Below are positions 16,547 through 24,781 of a DNA stretch of 64,000 bases, piece by piece. Made by a program: the position numbers and the translations under genes. Under the pieces are notes generated by a model. The model made no database searches. It was given only the letters and a program-made list of their open reading frames with translations, and was not told the DNA's origin. Positions within the stretch are counted from its first letter, which is position 1, and every line of letters begins with the position of its first letter. This DNA is from Chloroflexi bacterium UBA5189 (GTDB lineage Bacteria > Chloroflexota > Limnocylindria > Limnocylindrales > CSP1-4), in assembly GCA_002413045.1 (NCBI GenBank), contig DHWF01000027.1:41413-105412 (forward strand), written 5' to 3'.

Positions 16547-19500
16547 TACGCGGAGTTCGCGGCGAGCTCCGGGCTGAGGCCCAGCCCCTCCAGGATCGAG
16601 GCGTATTCCCGCCGGTCGCGGCTCGCGGCGCCCGAATCGCCGGCCTGATCCCTCGCCGAGATCAAGACGCGCCACAGCGGGTCGTGGAATCGATCGAGCT
16701 CGAGGCCGCGCCGGCAGACCCGGATCGCCTCCTCGAGGTCGCCGGCCGCGGCGGCATCGTCGGCGACGATCGTCGCCCCCTCGACGGCCTCGCGGCGGAA
16801 GTGCTCGCGCCGCTCGACGGCCCACTCGGCGGGGCCGTCCTGCGGCAGCAGGTCGCCGCGGTACAGCATGAGCGCGGTCGCGAAATCGGCCGTGCCGCCG
16901 CCGAGCCGCCCGGAGCCGTTGCGCAGGCCGCGTGCCCGAGCCATCGCCCGCTCGAACCTGCCCACGTCGACCTGGTCCGGGTCGACCGCCAACCGGTAGG
17001 CGTCGCCCTCTCGAGCGATCAGCCGGGTCGCGTCACCGCCGAGGGCATCCGAGAACAGGCCGCGCAGCGAGGACACCGCGACGTGCAGGCTGCGCGCGCC
17101 GGTCGCCGCGTCGACCTCCGGCCACAGCGCCTCCTGGATGACCTCGCGATGGATCGCCACGCCCGGCCGCGCTGCGAGGAAGCGCAGGACGGCGCGAGCG
17201 CGAGGCTTGATCCCGTCGAGCGCGATCGGGCGGCCATCGACCTCGACGCCGAAGCCCCCGAACAGGTGGAATCCGAGCCCGGCCGTCGACGGCGTGGCGC
17301 GAGCCGAAATGCCCCGGGGCAGCGGCGAGATGGCGACGCTCCCGTCTCGCCCGACCGTCGCGCGAGCGCCGGGCGGGGCGGCGTCGACGGCGTCGGTTGG
17401 TGCGTCGGCCGCGGTCGCGGCGTCGTGGCTCGAGGCGGGCACCCGGAGACCGGTCTCGACCTGGACCGCGTCCGCCAGCGATTCGTATTCGTCGCGCCGC
17501 TGGGGATGCGCGGTCGCGAGCGCGAGGTACGCGAGCAGCCGCGGGCCGGACGTGCCGGTCGCGCGCGCCAGGCTCTCGACGCCGAGGGCCGTCTCGCGCG
17601 CTTCGGGGGCGCCTGATTCGGCCATGCCGTACGCCTGCAGCCCTCGCGCAAAGGCCTCGAGGACGCCCACGCCAAGGCGCCGCGCGATCGCAGCGGCCTG
17701 CTCGCCGGCGGCCGCCCGCACCTCGCCCGTCTCGATCGCCTCGGCGGCGGCTCCGGCCGTGCCGATCGGCCGGGCGACCCAGGCCGACACGAGCGCGCCG
17801 AACAGGGCACCCCACGGGTCCGCGTCGGGTCCGAGGGCGTCGATCGAGGGCGCTTCGGCGGCGGTCGCGCCATCGACCTCGATCCCACCGATCCGCGCGG
17901 CGACCCGCCCCATCGACGCCAGCCACGGAAGCCCGGTGCGCTCCGCGATGTCGATCGCGTCCGCCAGCTGGTGGTCGGCGCCCGGCTCGCCCGAGAGCAG
18001 GGCCGCGACGGCGGCCGCTACGGCGGCCGCTGCACCGAGCACGGGATCGAGCTCTTCGAGCTGGCTCGCTGCGGTGAGGGCCCGCTTTGCCTCGGTGACC
18101 TCGCCGGCCGCGAGCAGGAGCAGCCCGCGGACGAGCTCGCGGTGCTCCGGGTCGAGGCGTGGATCGCGCGCCGCGGCGACCGGCTCGCGGACGAGGCCGG
18201 CCCGCAGGACGCCGGTCCAGTCCGCGGGTGGAATTGCAACCGGATCGAGCCAGGCGGCGAGCGCGAGGCGCTCCCGCCGGGCGGTCGAGCCCGCCGTGGA
18301 CGCTCCGAATGCCGCCTCGGCGCGCGTGTAGGCGTCCTGTGCCGCCGCCCAGCGACCATCGGCACGTGCGCGGCGTGCCGACGCGAGGGCGAGCCATGGG
18401 CTGTCGCGGACGAGCGCGGCCGGCAGCAGCTCCAGCCGCAGGCCCGGCCCAACCGCGACCTGCTCGCCCCGGTTGCCGACCAGGCTCGAGACGGCCGGCC
18501 AATCCTCGGCGCGGCAGTATCCGACGAGCGCCTCGGGGAGGGCACCGCTGCGCTCGAGCAGGCTCGCGGCGCGCTGATGCCGCCCGCGTGCCTCAACCTC
18601 GCCGACCTCCTCGACGAGCATCCGGTCCAGGTGCGATCGCAACACCTCGTGGTACCGGTACGAGCCTTCGCCCTCGTCGACGACGACCGTGAACAGCTGG
18701 CGCCGGGCGAGCTCCTCGAGCAGGAGGGCGCTCCCCCGCCGGTCGAGGAGTTGGTCGCACAAGTCGCCGGTGAGCCGCGGCAGCACGCACGTGTCGATGA
18801 GGAACCGCCGGAGCTCATCGGGCAGCTCGGCGAGAACGTTCCGGGTCAGGTACTCGCGCAACAGCCGCGTGCTCGACCCGACGCTGCCGAGAATCCGGCG
18901 CCGCTCGTCGGCGGACTTGCCGCGCGTCGCGAGGTGGAACAGCTGGAGCCCCGCCGCCCAGCCTTCGGTGCGGCGCGCCAGGACGGCGAGCTCGCCGGGC
19001 GGCACGGGATCCCGATAGAAGTCACGGAACAGGCGCTCGACCTCCCACGACCGGAAGCGCAGATCGTCGCCCTCGATCTGGAGCAGGTCGCCGGAGACGC
19101 GCAGGCGCGACAGGTTGAAGTCCGGCCGCACGCGTGATGCGGCGAGGATTCGCAGCCACGGCGGCGCGTAGTCGACCAGCCGGCTGAGGGCCGCCTCGGC
19201 GGCCGTGCCCTCGAGGGCGTGGAGGTCGTCGATCACGAGCGCGGCCGGGCCGCCGGACCAGCGCTCGAGCGCCCGCGCCGCGTCCTCGACGTCCGTCCAG
19301 CCGCCGGGCAGTCCCGGGAGCACCGCGCCGAGCGATGCCTCGAGGTGGCGGAGCATCCGCTGCGGGTCGTCGTCCCACGTTTCGGCGCGATACCAGGCGA
19401 CCGGCATCCGGGTCGACGCGGCAAACCGAGCCAGGAGGGTGGTCTTGCCGGCGCCCGCCGGAGCGATCACGAGGGTCAGGCGGTGGCGCTCCACCGCGGC

Positions 19501-19644
19501 TGCGAGCTGGGCTTCGAGGCGCTCACGCGGGAGTGCCGGAGCGGCGGGAGCGCGCACCTTCGCGGGTACCACCGCAGGCGCCTCGCCACCCGGCAGGACT
19601 GCGCGGCGGACACGGGCATCGTGCCGATCCTCTGGCAACGTCAA
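16546..19644 (-). CDS. STAND-type regulator: MalT-like NTPase + helical repeat region + C-terminal SARP (OmpR-type wHTH + BTAD) module
   Basis: 1032 aa. It has Walker A APAGAGKTT and Walker B LVIDDLH with a MalT-like N-terminal third, and a long Ala/Leu-rich helical middle. The C-terminus runs FHLFGGFGVEVDGRPIAL...RAVLRFLAARPG..IHREVIQEALWPE...YRL..VDVGRFE, followed by the BTAD-like YRGDLLPQDGPAEWAVERREHFR...DPLWRVLISA. TTG start. Confidence 0.85.
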   Translation of the reverse strand: MTLPEDRHDARVRRAVLPGGEAPAVVPAKVRAPAAPALPRERLEAQLAAAVERHRLTLVIAPAGAGKTTLLARFAASTRMPVAWYRAETWDDDPQRMLRHLEASLGAVLPGLPGGWTDVEDAARALERWSGGPAALVIDDLHALEGTAAEAALSRLVDYAPPWLRILAASRVRPDFNLSRLRVSGDLLQIEGDDLRFRSWEVERLFRDFYRDPVPPGELAVLARRTEGWAAGLQLFHLATRGKSADERRRILGSVGSSTRLLREYLTRNVLAELPDELRRFLIDTCVLPRLTGDLCDQLLDRRGSALLLEELARRQLFTVVVDEGEGSYRYHEVLRSHLDRMLVEEVGEVEARGRHQRAASLLERSGALPEALVGYCRAEDWPAVSSLVGNRGEQVAVGPGLRLELLPAALVRDSPWLALASARRARADGRWAAAQDAYTRAEAAFGASTAGSTARRERLALAAWLDPVAIPPADWTGVLRAGLVREPVAAARDPRLDPEHRELVRGLLLLAAGEVTEAKRALTAASQLEELDPVLGAAAAVAAAVAALLSGEPGADHQLADAIDIAERTGLPWLASMGRVAARIGGIEVDGATAAEAPSIDALGPDADPWGALFGALVSAWVARPIGTAGAAAEAIETGEVRAAAGEQAAAIARRLGVGVLEAFARGLQAYGMAESGAPEARETALGVESLARATGTSGPRLLAYLALATAHPQRRDEYESLADAVQVETGLRVPASSHDAATAADAPTDAVDAAPPGARATVGRDGSVAISPLPRGISARATPSTAGLGFHLFGGFGVEVDGRPIALDGIKPRARAVLRFLAARPGVAIHREVIQEALWPEVDAATGARSLHVAVSSLRGLFSDALGGDATRLIAREGDAYRLAVDPDQVDVGRFERAMARARGLRNGSGRLGGGTADFATALMLYRGDLLPQDGPAEWAVERREHFRREAVEGATIVADDAAAAGDLEEAIRVCRRGLELDRFHDPLWRVLISARDQAGDSGAASRDRREYASILEGLGLSPELAANSA

Positions 19645-19724
19645 GCCCCCTGGAGGCGTCGATGACTGGGTCGTCCGGAAGGTTCGTATGGTGCCACCGG
19701 CGTCCGGCGGCGGTCCAGCCTAAT

Positions 19725-21146
19725 TCAATGCCAGGTCGGCGAGATGTCGGAGCTCGGACCGGTCGTGAGCGTGACGATCTTGTTGTTGGTGCGATCGAGG
19801 ATGTACAGGTCCTCGCTGCCCGCCGTGCCGCCCGAGAAGACGATGTAGCGCCCGCCCGGCGAGAAATAGGGATGGCGCTCGTCACCCTTGATGCTCGGCA
19901 GCGCCGTGATCTGGCCGGAGGCGATGTCCAGGATGAACAGGTCGAACCCGCTGCCGCTGCGATTGCTCGCGAAGACGACCTGGGTGCCGTCCGGCGAGAC
20001 CGCCGGGTCGCGATCCTCGAACGAATCGGTCGTCAGGTTCTTGACCGTCTTCGAGGCGACGTCAAAGATCATCAGCTCCGCCGCGTTGCCGTCGCCCTCG
20101 ACGAAGACGATCGACTTGCCGTCGGGCGTGAAGACGGGCTGGGTGTCAACGACATCGTTGTTGGTCAGCGGCTGGGAGGCCACGCTTGCCGCCAACCCAT
20201 CGATCCGGATCTCGAGATCGGTCCCGTTGTTGTCGCGGGAGCGAATGCCGGCGAACGTCAGCTGCTTGCCGTCCGGGGACCACGAGGCGCCGGAGTCGCC
20301 GAGGCCGGTGGAGTGCTGGACATATGACTTCGTTGCCACGGCCACGATGCGCAGGCCGGGCTTCACGGAGTAGATGACCTGCTTCCTGTCGTACGACAGG
20401 CTGGGGTCGAAGGCCGAAGGGCTCGTGCTCGTGATCCGAACGGACCTCGACTTGCCATCGGCGTTGATGACGTAGATCGCGCAGGCCGTGCCGTCGCTCG
20501 CGCAACGAGCGAACGCCACCAGGCCGGTCCGGGCGCCCTCCTTGAACGTGAGTGACGCAGCGCTCGGCGTGACCGTCGCTGCAACGGACGGGAGCGTGGT
20601 CGCGGCGGGCAGCGATGCGCGCGCGGTCGGCGCGAGGGTGGCCGCGGGCGAGCCGCCGAACGCGAGCACGCCGATCAGCGCGAGGGCGACGACGACCGCT
20701 GCGGCGCCGAGGCCGATCGCGACCGGCGAGATCTTCCGGGCGACCGGCGCCGGGGCCGGCGGTGGGGGCGGAGGCGCAGCCGGCTTGAGCTCATTGGCGC
20801 ACTTGCGGCAATACGTCCGCGTGGCGTCGTTGACCGTCGCGCAGACGCTGCAGATGATCGTGGGTTTGCCTGACGAGACGTCGTCCTCGACGGTATTCGG
20901 ATCGGCGGCGCCGGCCGCCGAGGTCGGCGCCGGCCTGCCCTGCGCCGCGCCGGTCCCGAGATCCCGGCGAGCCCCGATTCCCTGACCGGGCACGACCGTG
21001 TCGTCCGGACCCGGTGCAACGGCCTCGGGCTTCGTGGCCTCCTCGACGATGGCCGTCGCCTCGGCGGGGCTCAGGGGGCTGCCGCACGTCCCGCAGAACA
21101 GGGCCGCGGCCTCGTTCTCCGAGCCACAGACCTTGCACTTGATCAC
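19725..21146 (-). CDS. double zinc-ribbon / single-TM / TolB-like (PD40) beta-propeller protein
   Basis: Trimmed to GTG at 21146 (RBS GGAGAGGGGA). It has VIKCKVCGSENEAAALFCGTCG and IICSVCATVNDATRTYCRKC ribbons, then the TM segment ISPVAIGLGAAAVVVALALIGVLAF. PD40-like repeats follow (SWSPDGKQLTF, FTPDGKSIVFV, VSPDGTQVVFASNRSG.FDLFILD, YFSPGGRYIVFSG). Confidence 0.85.
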   Translation of the reverse strand: MIKCKVCGSENEAAALFCGTCGSPLSPAEATAIVEEATKPEAVAPGPDDTVVPGQGIGARRDLGTGAAQGRPAPTSAAGAADPNTVEDDVSSGKPTIICSVCATVNDATRTYCRKCANELKPAAPPPPPPAPAPVARKISPVAIGLGAAAVVVALALIGVLAFGGSPAATLAPTARASLPAATTLPSVAATVTPSAASLTFKEGARTGLVAFARCASDGTACAIYVINADGKSRSVRITSTSPSAFDPSLSYDRKQVIYSVKPGLRIVAVATKSYVQHSTGLGDSGASWSPDGKQLTFAGIRSRDNNGTDLEIRIDGLAASVASQPLTNNDVVDTQPVFTPDGKSIVFVEGDGNAAELMIFDVASKTVKNLTTDSFEDRDPAVSPDGTQVVFASNRSGSGFDLFILDIASGQITALPSIKGDERHPYFSPGGRYIVFSGGTAGSEDLYILDRTNNKIVTLTTGPSSDISPTWH

Positions 21147-21228
21147 GCCTGAAGGTCCCCTCTCCGAAATCCGATATGACGGTGCGAGGCAGTGTAAGTC
21201 GGCAGAAACCCTGCTGTAGACTCCGAGC

Positions 21229-22623
21229 ATGAGTGTCCTCGCGACGATCGAGCCCAGCGAGCTCCAGGTCGACGCGGGCAACGAGACCTCGCTCGTCGTT
21301 CGGGTTCGCAACCGCGGCACGATCGTCGACCAGTTCGACATCAAGGTCGTCGGACCGACGGGTCACTGGGCGACGGTCGACCCGCCGTCGCTGCGCCTCT
21401 TCCCGGACAAGGAGGGCGAGGCAAGGGTCACCTTCCGGCCGCCGCGCGCCCCGGACCCGATGGCCGATGTCTACCCGTTCGGCATCGCCGTTCGCGCCGC
21501 CTCCGACACGAGCGCCATGACGGTCGAGGAGGGCCACGTCGCGGTCGCGCCGTTCGTGCAGCTGACCTCCGAGGTGGTTCCCCAGACTTCACGCGGCGTC
21601 TTCTCCGGCGCGCACGACGTGACCGTCCACAACGTGGGCAACGCGGTCGCCGAGGTAACGGTCCTGGCGAGCGATCCGGACCGGCTCCTGAACTTCGAGG
21701 TCACGCCCGCGCGCGCCGGCCTGAAGCCCGGCGGCTCCGCAACGCTGCGCACCAAGGTGAAGCCCAAGTCGACCTTCTTCATGGGCGGCGCGAAGCGCAT
21801 CCCGTTCTCGATCCAGGTCAATGAGCCGACCGCCGGTTCCTACCAGATTCCCGCGACCATCGAGCAGCGCCCGATCATCCCCGGTTGGGTCAAGCCCGTC
21901 GGCGCGCTCATCCTCGCGTCGGTCGCCGCCGTCGCGTTCCTGCCCAAGATCCTGTTCCCGCCGCAGCCGACCGCTGCGCCGACGCAGGCAGCGGTCGTCA
22001 CGCCAAGCCCGGTGATCACGCCGACGCCCGCCCCCGTCACCGCCCCACCCACCGAGGCGCCGACCGCTGCGCCTCCCACGCAGGAGAACTTCGGGCCGCC
22101 GAACAAGCTGACGGTCGCGGGCGATGTGGGCGGGCTGAGCTCGTCTCTCGGGATCACGTTCCGGTGCCCGCCCAAGGACGCATGCCGTGACGACGTGAAG
22201 ACGCGGGTGCTCCAGGTGCTGTCCGGTCTTGGCGTCAACGCCGCGGGGGCCCAGCTCACGAAGTTCATCACGACCAACGTGGGCACGCTCCCGGTCGTCG
22301 CGTCTTGGACGGACCGATATCCGTACACGGCCAACGGCGCGCAGTTCTTCGCCAAGCAGGTCGCGATCGACCTCGCGCCGAAGCTGGCCGGACAGCCCGC
22401 TTATGCATACATCCAGGACGACAACGGGACGGTTCACTGGTTGACGATCCCGGACCAGCTCGCGGACACGCTGCTCAATCAGCTGTACAACCTGCCGGTT
22501 GCGCCCGCGCCCACCGTCGACCCCGGCGCGATCGTGAACGGTCAGGTCTTCTATGCGAACTTCTACAGCGTTGCGCAGTACGACGGCTTCCAACTGTCGA
22601 CGCTGCCGTTCACGGGGCCGTAG
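21229..22623 (+). CDS. bitopic membrane protein: two Ig-like/CARDB-like N-terminal modules, TM, Pro/Thr linker, C-terminal globular domain
   Basis: 464 aa. The repeated pattern LQVDAGNETSLVVRVRNRGTIVDQFDIKVVG and HDVTVHNVGNAVAEVTVLASDP marks the N-terminal modules. The TM segment is VGALILASVAAVAFLPKILF, followed by a PT-rich linker and a ~170-aa C-terminal domain. It is divergent from 19725..21146. TAGACT lies 6 nt before the ATG, so a leaderless start is possible. Confidence 0.8.
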   Translation: MSVLATIEPSELQVDAGNETSLVVRVRNRGTIVDQFDIKVVGPTGHWATVDPPSLRLFPDKEGEARVTFRPPRAPDPMADVYPFGIAVRAASDTSAMTVEEGHVAVAPFVQLTSEVVPQTSRGVFSGAHDVTVHNVGNAVAEVTVLASDPDRLLNFEVTPARAGLKPGGSATLRTKVKPKSTFFMGGAKRIPFSIQVNEPTAGSYQIPATIEQRPIIPGWVKPVGALILASVAAVAFLPKILFPPQPTAAPTQAAVVTPSPVITPTPAPVTAPPTEAPTAAPPTQENFGPPNKLTVAGDVGGLSSSLGITFRCPPKDACRDDVKTRVLQVLSGLGVNAAGAQLTKFITTNVGTLPVVASWTDRYPYTANGAQFFAKQVAIDLAPKLAGQPAYAYIQDDNGTVHWLTIPDQLADTLLNQLYNLPVAPAPTVDPGAIVNGQVFYANFYSVAQYDGFQLSTLPFTGP

Positions 22624-22710
22624 AGAACCCTCCGGAGCGCCGAATCGGGCGTGCTATGCTCCGCCGCCCGGTGGCCCGGACGGGCCCGGATCGGGAGTGC
22701 AGATCGCTCG

Positions 22711-24051
22711 ATGACCGCGGGCCCAACCGCCGGCACCATGGACCAGCTCGAGCTCGGCCTTGGCGTGCCGCGCCTCGCGATCGAGCCCGAGTGGAAGGCC
22801 GAACCGCGGCTGTGGGGCCACTCGCTGCACCCGATGTGCTCGTATCTCGCGAGCTTCCCGGCCGCCCTGTCGCACGCCTTCATCGCTCGCTACAGCCGGC
22901 CCGGTGACGTCGTCCTCGACCCATTCTCCGGCCGCGGCACCGTGCCGCTCCAGGCAGCCGCCGAGGGCCGGATCGGCGTCGGCAACGACCTCAACCCGTT
23001 CGCGCACCTCCTGACGGCGGCCAAGGTCGAGCCGCCGACCGCAGCCCAGGCGAGGACGCGGGCGACGGCGCTCCGGCTCGCGTTCGGAGCATCAGCCCCG
23101 TCGTGGCGCGACCTCGCCGCCGCGATCCAGGCCGACCCGACCACCGGTGGCCCCGAGCCCGTACCAACGGAGGTGGCCCTGGCGTTCCACCCGCGGACGT
23201 TCGCGCAGCTGTTGTTCCTGCGCGCCTCTCTGGACCTCGCGGCACCCACCGATCGGTTCCTGGCCGCGGCGATCGTCGGCATCCTGCACGGCAAGAGCCC
23301 GTCGTACCTGTCCACGCTCATGCCGAACACCTTCAGCATGGCGCCGCGCTACGTCCGCGACTTCGCGGCCCGAACCGGGTTCAGCTCCCCGGAGCGGGAC
23401 GCATTCGACGGGCTCGACGCCAAGCTGACCCGGCTCTATCGCGACCCGCTCCCCCGCTCCGGCGGGCTGGCGCTCCTCGGCGACGCTCGCGACGCCGGAA
23501 CGCGCGCGACCGCTGCGCTCACCGCCCGCCGCCAGCCGGCCCGCGCGCGACTGGTCATCACCTCGCCGCCGTACCTGCGCGTCGTGAAGTACGGCTACTA
23601 CAACTGGCTCCGGACGTGGTTCCTCGGCTTCGACTCGCACGCCATTGACGCGTCGCTCGACGATGCCCACCGGCGGGCGCCGTATCTCGAGTTCATGCGG
23701 ACCGTCCTGCGCGACCTCCGGCCGGCAATGACCGAGGACGGCATCGCGGTGCTCGTGATCGGGGATGTCGCCACCGACCGTGGGCGGGCCGTCACCGATG
23801 GCCACGACCTCGCCGAGCGCGTCTGGGAATCGGCCGCGGCGCCCGAAGGCTTCCGGCTCGCCGGAATCGCCGACGACGACGTCCACGCCCACCGCAAGAT
23901 GACCAAGCTGTGGGGCCGCGAGGCGGGTCGCGCGACGCAGGTCGACCGCATCCTCGTCCTCGGAGCGACCGATGCGGGCCGGCGGCGGGCGCTCTCCGGC
24001 GCCCGGAATCCCGTCGACTGGACCTGGCCGCCGCGCCTCCGCGCGCTCTGA
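22711..24051 (+). CDS. DNA (N6-adenine/N4-cytosine type) methyltransferase, motif I before motif IV
   Basis: VLDPFSGRGTVPLQAAAEG (FxGxG, motif I) lies about 200 aa before ITSPPYLRVVKY (SPPY, motif IV). No adjacent restriction endonuclease is evident. The start is uncertain (GTG 22651, ATG 22711 or ATG 22738). Confidence 0.75.
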   Translation: MTAGPTAGTMDQLELGLGVPRLAIEPEWKAEPRLWGHSLHPMCSYLASFPAALSHAFIARYSRPGDVVLDPFSGRGTVPLQAAAEGRIGVGNDLNPFAHLLTAAKVEPPTAAQARTRATALRLAFGASAPSWRDLAAAIQADPTTGGPEPVPTEVALAFHPRTFAQLLFLRASLDLAAPTDRFLAAAIVGILHGKSPSYLSTLMPNTFSMAPRYVRDFAARTGFSSPERDAFDGLDAKLTRLYRDPLPRSGGLALLGDARDAGTRATAALTARRQPARARLVITSPPYLRVVKYGYYNWLRTWFLGFDSHAIDASLDDAHRRAPYLEFMRTVLRDLRPAMTEDGIAVLVIGDVATDRGRAVTDGHDLAERVWESAAAPEGFRLAGIADDDVHAHRKMTKLWGREAGRATQVDRILVLGATDAGRRRALSGARNPVDWTWPPRLRAL

Positions 24052-24084
24052 CTCGCGGCGTCTCCCGCTCGGTAGAATGCGGGC

Positions 24085-24312
24085 GTGAAGCAGATGTACC
24101 ACCCGTCCGACCTGGCGGCGATGGATCCGCTCGTGCTCATGAAGAACCTGGATCACGTCCGGATGACCAGCCGGCGTCTCAGCTATATCCTCCAGCAGCA
24201 GGTCCACCTGTACACGCCCGAGGCCAACCAGCTGCGTGAGCAGATCGACGGCTACGTCGAGGCGGAGCGCCAGATCGAGGGCGAGATGGCGAGGCGCCGG
24301 ATCCGGGCCTAG
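24085..24312 (+). CDS. small hypothetical protein (75 aa)
   Basis: GC3-rich ORF translating MKQMYHPSDLAAMDPLVLMKNLDHVRMTSRRL...EAERQIEGEMARRRIRA. I do not recognise a family. Confidence 0.55.
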   Translation: MKQMYHPSDLAAMDPLVLMKNLDHVRMTSRRLSYILQQQVHLYTPEANQLREQIDGYVEAERQIEGEMARRRIRA

Positions 24313-24611
24313 GCGGACGCTGGCGCGACCACCGGGAGCGGGGCGACCGTCGCGGCCTTCGCCCGTGCGCGGTCCTCCGTCACGATCTCGGTCACGCGGG
24401 CCGCCAGGCGGGGCATCTCGAACAGTCCGAACCCGATCCCGTGGGCCTCGAGCTCGTCGGGTCCCCAGCCCCGGAATAGCCCCCGGCTCGCGACCGCGCA
24501 CATCTCGTCGTACAGCTCCGGCCACCCCACGCGACGGCGGGCGTAGCAGAAGCGAACGAACTCGACGGCGTCAGCCGTGAACGCGTGTGCCGTCGCGGGG
24601 CGCGCGACCAT
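24309..24611 (-). CDS. hypothetical protein (100 aa)
   Basis: Trimmed to ATG at 24611, preceded by RBS GAGGAGGA. The translation begins MVARPATAHAFTADAVEFVRFCYARRRVGWPELYDEMCAV. I do not recognise a family. Confidence 0.6.
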   Translation of the reverse strand: MVARPATAHAFTADAVEFVRFCYARRRVGWPELYDEMCAVASRGLFRGWGPDELEAHGIGFGLFEMPRLAARVTEIVTEDRARAKAATVAPLPVVAPASA

Positions 24612-24781
24612 GAATCCGATCCTCCTCGTCCCGCAGGGGGCGCAGTGACGCTGACTCAGGCTCACGGCGTGATGGACCGTGGCCCAAGGTTGGGCGTTTC
24701 GGGCTGTTGGTGACCCGCTTCCCGGGTGGGTCGGCCAGTGCCTAGATAGTACGTCCGGGCCCGCTTTTCCCGGAAGGTGGG

